This document shows, in pieces, positions 55,401-64,000 of a stretch of 64,000 nucleotides of DNA. Origin of the DNA: Trichoplax adhaerens. Its lineage: Eukaryota > Animalia > Placozoa. The stretch lies in contig NW_002060951.1 of assembly GCF_000150275.1 (NCBI RefSeq), positions 865,186 through 929,185 of the forward strand, read 5' to 3'. Positions within the stretch are counted from its first letter, which is position 1. Every line of letters starts with the position of its first letter. The position numbers and the translations under genes were made by a program. Under the pieces are notes generated by a model, which saw nothing but the letters and a program-made list of their open reading frames with translations, was not told where the DNA came from and ran no database searches.

Positions 55401-58400
55401 TAATGGTTCCGTAGCTAGATTTTTCGCTACATCTTTCGTAAAACAATTTAAAAAATTTTGCAGACACAAGGCATCTTCTTGACGTAAGTCTATACAGATA
55501 CGAAACAAATAATAGTGAAATCTGATCAATGATTAATGGACTAGGAAGTTTATCTGTCCTATTACGTTATTATGGCAACACTTCATACCGAAAATCTGCT
55601 CCGATTGGACGATGTCCAATAGCCTCATAAAAAATTCCATACCAAACTTTAATTTGAGCTAAATTACCAAAGTAATTGTATCAGTAATTGTAAAACCTAC
55701 ACATAAAATCTGCACAATCGTAAATACCGTATTATTGACTTGTTGTAACGACGTTAAAACATTATATCTGATAATGGGAGGCGTTTGAAGGTTTGTCACA
55801 TGTTCCATAATACAATTAAAATTTGCTTCTATGGCACTTTCTTTAGCTCTTTTTAATATAGCTGCTTTGCTTCTACTTGATTTCTTCTCTTTGCTTTTAA
55901 CATCAGCTGTTAATTTGTCGAAATGAGACGCAAATACTTTAGAAATCTGCTCCCTGTCAGCCACAATAGTTTCAGAAGCTTGACAAATGGTTGATGATAT
56001 ATTAGCGAAAGCAAATGCCATCACGCTTGAATCAATAGCATGTATTCGATCGATACATGTTTTCAAGAATATTACAGCTGCTTTACGAACGCAAGGATTT
56101 TCACTATTGATAGGGACTAATAAAGATGGTACCACTAAAATAAAATAAGTATAATGCATAAAAAAATTACATCTCACACCGCATGATACGATTAACAGTA
56201 AATTAAAATAACAGTATCATGCCGAAATCAGTCAGACCGACAATGACGATCAATCAAAATACCCAGCAATAAATGCTATACTTACAAGGACAACTGCTAT
56301 TCATAAGATCCTTTAATATCTTGTCGGTAGCACCTTGTATAAGTGCAGTTGCTAGATTCAAACTGTAGCATTGCAATATTGGCGAAGAGTTCAAGAAATT
56401 ACTGCGATCTTTGTTTGATAATTCCTGTTTACAATAGTTTAACGACCATATATGGCTCAAGAATTGAATAGCCAGTCTACTCTGTGAATTCCGTTGCTGT
56501 AAAATGTGACAAACGTAATAAAACCGTAGCTCAAAAAAGGTTCAATTAATAGTCGATCAATTCAAATTTTAATTAAATACGTATATTTGCTTACCATTAA
56601 TAATTCCTTGGTTAAATACCGAAAATATAATTGATACTTCAGCTTAAATAAAATTCCTGACCCATAAGCAATTAAATCAACCAACTTGATTTTTGCCTAT
56701 TAATTATGAAGATACAATGACAACACTTATAACAACCTGTACATCACATGATCTGATCGTATATCTGCAGATACACGGGCTATCTTTTAGTTATTTATTT
56801 GTGGCTAATAGTAAACTACCTACGAATTCTAGATAATTTAGTTAAGCAAGCATTAAAGTTAGTAGTACCTGATATTCATCAGTCCACTTCCACCAATCTT
56901 TAAAATATATTAAAAGATACCAAACATTAAACAAAGCATATAACAAGTAAGATAAAGCTAAAGAAATACTAACCGACTTCCGCATTTTGCGAAGGCAATA
57001 CACCTAATAAAGCTTTCAGAAACCTTAGTAGAAACATAGATTTGCTCTTTTTGTAGCGTTTGCTATCACATTTCCGAATCATGATGGGGATTGTATTAAA
57101 AAAACTTGTCACAATTGCATCGTCATTATTTTCAATTCCGTCGCCAGTATCAAATTCAACCTGCAATTAGTTAGTATCAATGGAACTAAATTCAAAATAC
57201 TTTTAAGTGCAAATATGTGTAGAGAGCAAGTAAATAAAAATTCAATGCATTACCTGCAACTGATGCCCACGATGGCTAGCCAACAAACGAAGATCTTCAT
57301 AAAGGTATAATATGAGACAGTTTATAGATGCTGAGTTCAACTGCTTTTGTTGAGTACTCCAATGTTTAACCCATTGATAACATACGCAGTAAATAAAGGA
57401 GTTAAAGACATCTCGCTGAGTATCAGATCGAAATTTTTGGCTTTGGTTGCTACAGTTATCAAGCTGATATAAAAAAGGCCATGATTAATGTTCGATTTAT
57501 GCTACAGTATTACTTTTACTATTCTCTATTATCATATATTAGCAAAATGGTGTACTATACAGCTAATACAAGCTTGAAAACTTCTACTCAACGGATATCT
57601 TAATAATTTTTAAGCCAGTATTTTTTAACTTACAAAATTTTGTATATTGTCTTGTGTTAGATTGCTGGTAAGCCATTTGCATATAGCATTATTTACTTTA
57701 GCCACTTTACTACCTTGATCAGCTGCCAAAGCTTCTTTCACGGCTGTAAGTTAGCCAGGGAGGCAAATAAATAATCAATTATAGATTACCTTCGTGCCAC
57801 TGTGTACATCCAACTAGATATTAAATTATAACAGATCTATATCTAACTTACTTTTATTTGAGATCAAGCTCTTAATATCATGTAACAACGGATGCTTTGA
57901 CACCAATAAAGATTTTGCCAACTTTAGTATTAGTTTACTAGAAAAACCTTTTCTTTTAGGCAACCATATAAGGTGAGGTATTATAGCCACAAAAATAGTA
58001 TCAAAATCTTTCAAATCTTCAAGAAACCATCGATCCAGCATAATCGTTAGAATATTTTGAAGAACTTCCTGACTATTAAATACAAACATAATAATATTTT
58101 GTAAATGACTATAGCTAACTCCTTGATAACTATACTCTGATGATTGTAATTAATTGCATGATCCTAAGGTTGGCATTATCGTAGAATATGAAACAAACGA
58201 AAAATGATTTATTTCTAAAAGCAATGTTTGAAGTACCTTAATAGATTTTCGTCTAGAAATAATTCATTGCATTTATTAATAAGCATTTCACTTAAATGTT
58301 GCATATCAAAAATCTGAGTCAAATTCTGAAATAAAGTCATGATAAGACGAGTAACTTGGCAAAATGAATTCCACAAAGAGATTGTAGAGATATTTCAAAT

Positions 58401-61239
58401 AAAATCTATTTACTTGTCCAATATTTAAGACACTAGAAACGACAGTGTAGTCATCGTCCTGCCATCGATTAATAAGGGCCTCATAATAGAATTGCTTGTT
58501 GTCAGTATCCACCTTCAAAGAAAAGTGCATTTAAGTTAATGTGTACATAGTTAAAATCTAGATATAAACCACTAGGTAATAAGATTATACCGGCTAGAAA
58601 ATATTTTACTGATAATAGCAATAGTGAAATCCAAGTTATTTTACCTTTTGGGTTAACAAGTTTTGTTGAATATGCCTGACGGCTAAGCTACGAATTTTCG
58701 CTTCAGGATGATATAAGCTAACAATTAATGGACGATCATCACATTCTGGTATCACCTATTAGGCAAAGAAGATACTTATAAGATATCAAGATAAATATCA
58801 TGGAAAATAATGAGATTGTTCTACTGTCGGCATAATTATAGATGATATTAGTTTATCTACTATTAACCTTATATTTGGATATAGCTGTTGCAAGGTAAAC
58901 CATTTCTTCTATCCATAGAATGGAATTTCGACCTGACAATGGGTCAATATCATTACTGTCATTTTTGCTTTGTGTCTGGTCTATGAAATCCTTGATACCG
59001 TCATCAATTACGCTTGGATATCTAGAGTTATTATAATATAATTGTAAGTTTTCATCCATGTTTCAATCAATCGCAAAGTTATAATTATGTAAATAACGTT
59101 TTCAGTTACTAAGGTTATTAATGTTATTTGCACTAAATCATTACAGCTGGTATCATACATGTTTGTTTTAAAATCTTATACATTACCTTGAGTTAATAGA
59201 TTTTAAAATAAGAGCAACCGTTTCCTTTAACACATTAATTTCATCATCGTCTGTCAGGATATGTCTTTGATGACAATACAATTTCAATAGTTTGCTAAAG
59301 GTGGAAATTTCATCATTAGAGCTAATAAGATGCTAGCTATTTAATTGCTTCGATAAATAGGTTTCATATTAAAATGAGTAGAGTTCATCTGAATTACAAT
59401 AAAATATAATCTAATTTTTGAAAAACAGCAGTGAAAGATTTACTTGGTAATTTTTCGGATCCAATTATCCTGAAATTGAATATCTTGGAATAATTGTTGT
59501 AATATGGTGACGTAAGCATTTATTGTGATATTGTTACTGCGTTGTAGTTCTTTATCTGGAGTATCATCATCATCATCATCATCATCATCATCGTCTTTAT
59601 CATGAATAGAATGCGAAGAAACGCAATAAGCAATTAAACGATCGATCATCGGCGCGAGCAGAGGCATAATATTGTGAGCTGTCGATAAGGCTTGCAATGA
59701 TGTAACAATTTCAGGCGCAGAAGTTAATGCATTAAATGCTCTATAAGATCAACAGATGCAATTTAGAATAAACTATTAATTAGAATAGATGTATTTCTCT
59801 ATTTCGTTAAGAGCAACAAGTATTGTTTATCATTACCTCCAGCTTAATGTTTGGACATTTTGACTTTGACAAATGCACGTGATGCATGCAATAGCTTCAA
59901 CTTGCAACGATGGAGATAGATGCTAATGGAAGATAGATATAACCAGATAAGAAACATTTCCCTTGAATTAATTACCATTATTTTGCATAAGAGAAACATT
60001 GTAAAAATGATACATTATTAAGCAATGACTAGCGCCAATGAAATTACGTATGAAGGAATAAATTTAATTTTAACTCTCTCCGCTGTCTATCGTAAACGTA
60101 TAATTATAATGGACCACTTTGTTGGAGTTGGTATCATAAATTTAATAATAAACATTATCGCACTAGAAGTTATGACAGGCTATCTAAAGTACTGTACGTA
60201 GTAATCGATCAGTCAATATCAGACACTAAGCTGCAATACTCGTATTGCACTATCGGATCAAGTTATCATGGTGATATTCTATAAATACGAGTCAGCATGT
60301 CATGCGTATAACATCGATTCATTTTGATCCTAGCCTGGAATAAGAATGTTAATATCGTACCTTGGTTACACAATCAATAAGCATAGTACAAAACTTGTTT
60401 TCAAAGGTCATTTTCATCATCATTTGCGTTATGATTATGTAGGTGCCAGCAATGGATTCATTATGTTTTGACTTGAGGCCTTTAATCAGGTACGGTGTTA
60501 AGGTAATCATAAATTGTTCATTCATTTTATCAGAATGGCTAGAATCTAGTAGGCCAACTATAGTTGAGGTATAGAAATTAACGACTACAGTTGAACTTGC
60601 ATTGATATTATACTTGAGTGAATCTTGAAGGTTACGACATATTAACGTCAAGATGGATAAATCGCTTAAGCAACGTTGTTGCAATATAATGGAGGATAGA
60701 GGTACACCTTGAGCACGATTATTTTTCAACCAATTCCATCGTGAACGATCATGAGCAATAGGTAGAACTTGTAGAACACGTACAAATTGTTGAGTTTGAT
60801 GGTAAGGTAGGATGCAAACCATGACATCATCAGTATTAAATTGATGTATAGAATAGCGACGAATCAGCCATTCCATGCATTTCATAGCAGCTTGTAGCAT
60901 GAAATAGGGGCATAATCTTAACAAGAAAGAACGAATGCGTTGGCTAATTGCCTCATTTTCATCTTGTGTTAATTGAGAACGATAAACACTTTGACTATCG
61001 ATATGGAAAAGATCATTAGCAAATTCTTCAAAATTTCTCTTATTAGCATTGATTAAACCTTGTAAGCCATTGACACCCAAAGCAAATATAGTTTCATCGT
61101 CGAAATCTGCAGCTTCTTTAAATTGAAAGAGGACTGATACTTTCTTGCGTACATCAAAATTTTCATATTCTACAACTTGTTGTGATTTTAAGCGTTGCAA
61201 CTGCTTCACAAGTGCAGTATTGGAGTTGCGTGCAGCCAT
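49479..61239 (-). CDS. HEATR1: HEAT repeat-containing protein 1 (UTP10/BAP28), SSU processome component; many exons
   Basis: N-terminal motifs LVKQLQRL, SVLFQFKEAADFDDETIFALG, FLLRLCPYFM, CMEWLIRRYSIHQFN, CILPYHQT, followed by C-terminal BP28CT/HEAT motifs LSEKTFWP, WKPLHYQICLKTRH, LLPETIPFLAELMEDESVEVEK; stop at 49479-49481. Confidence 0.95.
59563..59595 (-). repeat. (GAT)n coding microsatellite encoding poly-Asp in HEATR1
   Basis: ATCATCATC... run translating to K followed by 11 D (KDDDDDDDDDDDTP). Confidence 0.9.
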
Positions 61240-61488
61240 ATTGCACTAAAAATTAGAGTAATGGATGCTCTTAAGCTCTTTAAATTGGCCAAGATTTGCA
61301 GCTTTCAGTGGCCAACGAATGAAACAACTGGCTGGACTTGCAGCGAGGTATCATGCATGATCTAAGGCAAGTGTTTGATGCAGCGATAATCGCTTATAGT
61401 AAAGATACCGTAAAATGAATGATTATTATATCGCACTGCACGACTGATGCAGGTCACCTAGTCAAGCACACGTGCGCAACGCTGATGA

Positions 61489-61574
61489 AGTACAGTACAG
61501 TACAGTACATTGACTGTAATATGAAGACTGTACAGTACTGTACTGTACACTGTACACTGTACAGTACAGTACAG
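61489..61574. repeat. TACAG/CTGTA pentamer array in mixed orientation upstream of HEATR1
   Basis: TACAGTACAGTACAGTACA...CTGTACAGTACTGTACTGTACACTGTACACTGTACAGTACAGTACAG. Confidence 0.85.
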
Positions 61575-62917
61575 TTGCAGAGCGGCTTAGTGACAACTCA
61601 GGTCTACTGACAAGTGAAGCTAGGGAACGGGTCAAAGTCACATGTTGCGATCCGGCCCGTACCGGTACAGACCCTACAGTACCGCATATCTACATATTGG
61701 ACCATCATGGCTAACTAAATCACCGGTGCTTTTTTTTGTTCCACCTACTGTACTTTAGTAGTCCATGATAGTTGTGCTATCCATCATCTCTACAGACATG
61801 GGTGCCATCAAACTTGTCAATATAAAATGGATACTCATTTGTTTCCGTCAATACAAGTTCTTGCCTTTTGAGTATCCATACTTGAAGATTACGTAGCATG
61901 AATAGATTGCATTGTTTTGGATAAAAATTCATCAATCTTGACATCTAAAATACAATGCAACTAGTCTTTCCAAATTGAACACTATCTACTATTTGGTGGA
62001 TTTGGTCAGAGCCTTATAATTCGATTCTGTATAGTACATTATTACCACTTAGTACTTTATTGCTCAAGAATCATGGTTATGACAAGTTATAGTTTCACTA
62101 CTAGGGTTCTACAGTACATAGTAGTGCTGTTCATATTCACTTTGCGGTCTGAATAATACCCATACTTCGTCTTATATTTTCTTATAGGAATACAGCAGTT
62201 ACTTATTGTACTTTGCAAGCTCAATATTTTGGGGAGCTTATATTTATCAGCTCTATTTAATACTTTGCATGCGCTACTTTATAATAGATATACTAAAATA
62301 TAAAATTTCTTAACCTAAACGTAAAATTAATTTAGTAGGATATTAACCTGGCAGAGCTTGCAGGAAAAATCTGTTTGCATCAAAAGTCTAATATGCTAAG
62401 ATACGACAGGCAATAAATGTATCCTTGACTGAAAATGAGACTGATTTGATATTTATCTGCTCATACTTACAACAAGTGATAGACAAATATGAAACGATCC
62501 AGATTGAAACCGGTCATAGAGCATTCCGTCTTTACAATAGACAAAATGACACTAACTACGAGATTAGACCATGTAGATACTTATATGCGTATGTAACATT
62601 ATACTACCATTTTTCATCTTTATAAAAATAAAAGATAACTCTATACGGGCAAATGATATTTTTTAGTTTTACAATCATGATTTTAATACTTTCTTTTCTA
62701 ACTTCCGTAATAAGATATACAGTGCAATAGACATACAATACAATAGAATACGGGTATCATCAAACTTAATTTAAATGTACTAAAAAAATAATTTCATTAT
62801 TTTGTGGATAGTAGCAAGTAATAAAGGATACCACACAAAAAATATGTACGGTATCAACAAAACCGAAGTTAAAACTTCAGTTACTTTCTTAATTTAAGAT
62901 CTTCAGCTCCAGCAATT

Positions 62918-64000
62918 TTATTCAGAAAAAGGGGTTTCTTCTGTTGTATACACAAAAATTTGCCCAACTTTATCAAATGTGTACACTTTACTTTTAAATG
63001 TATCTAAAAGCTGCAATCCTGATATGACCTATAATTGAAATCGTAATTAATGTAAGCGTCATGTCCCTTCAATTTCCGATTGATCCTTATCAAACTTGAC
63101 ATATATGGTAGAAAATAAATATCAATATACACTCACGTGCAATCCAGGGTATACCGGTAAAATGTTAACAGACACTTCTATACTTTGACCAGGTTTTAAT
63201 TCGCCAAGCGCCTAATTAGACAAGAATAAAAGATGAGTATACTGGCATTTGATCAATTCATACTCTAAGCTATATTATTCTTACAACCTGGCCAGAGCGG
63301 CCAACCCATAATAATGGCTGGACCTTGGTATTATCCAACATTAACCTCAGGTTCATGATACGATCACTTTGTATAATGGTTTAAAGTTAGTTTGATCTTC
63401 TAGTGATAAAGCATAAGTACAAAGCGCGACGCGTTGTAAACATAGATACTTAATGAATACCTGGTTAAATTAATAACAGACAGTTTAACAGTAAATAACT
63501 TCTCCACCGGAACAGCATCTGCTATCTCAATACAATTAATTCTTAAATCATTTAGATCCCTAGGCTAAACCAACAAAATAAAAAATTAAAAAACAAGCAA
63601 TGACCATAATTGAGAAACAAACAAACTGCACTCGACATCAAAAAACCATCATTATTGTCTAAAGCTATGATCAAACTTTACTATACCATTCGTTGTAGCT
63701 GGCTGGTCTGTAATCTTCCTTTTTCACCAAAACTTGTTAACCACTGAATATCTAATTTACCAACATCGCACGCACTCTATCATATTAAAAGGACGTGCAC
63801 ATTAGTAAAACAAAATCTATTTCACATTTCATTTAGCGCTAACATTTATTATATTTCGAATAACCTTATCGCTTTTCTCAATTATTGGAGATACAGGAGT
63901 TAAACGATAGAGGTATTGGCGGACATCCATTGGACGTAGATATGAAATCTTTCCATTAGAACTTGGGCCGCTATTAATTTACAGAAACAAGCTATGGTAT
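62918..64000 (-). CDS. TRAPPC13: Trafficking protein particle complex subunit 13 (C5orf44), 3' exons only
   Basis: Spliced exons give [85 protein letters not shown]; stop at 62918-62920. Confidence 0.9.

Noticed and set aside
60200-60280. Possible C/D-box snoRNA in HEATR1 intron 1 (CTGA boxes and a TGCAATAC/GTATTGCA hairpin)
   Set aside because: Box C is non-canonical (ATGATAA), the terminal stem is weak and no rRNA guide could be identified.
5580-62625. Many 60-100 aa ORFs in the track as independent genes
   Set aside because: They are exon fragments read through into introns, antisense shadows, or random AT-rich ORFs.

Overview
AT-rich, intron-dense eukaryotic DNA with short GT-AG introns and micro-exons. 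The gene style and the intronless 42-aa TPR array suggest an early-branching animal, probably a placozoan such as Trichoplax (inference only). The first 40.5 kb hold a minus-strand tandem array of three multi-exon ENPP-family (ectonucleotide pyrophosphatase/phosphodiesterase) genes, here called A (<150-9122, last exon outside the window), B (18672-28647) and C (30926-40492). A single-exon ~1300-aa TPR gene lies between A and B. Further along are a candidate micro-exon gene (43857-45978, -), a Tctex-1 dynein light chain gene (+), HEATR1/UTP10 (-) and the 3' half of TRAPPC13 (-). Main observation: after manual splicing, the C-terminal nuclease domain of ENPP-B and ENPP-C keeps the full EndoG/NucA active site (R...NRGH...SNIAPQ...N...WxxLE), which is dead in vertebrate ENPP1-3. 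Paralog A has lost the Mg-ligand Asn. All three lack somatomedin-B domains and the nuclease-domain EF-hand, and carry Ser/Thr/Pro stalks of graded length. This points to membrane-anchored dual endonuclease/phosphodiesterase ecto-enzymes. Exon boundaries were read by eye and need RNA confirmation.
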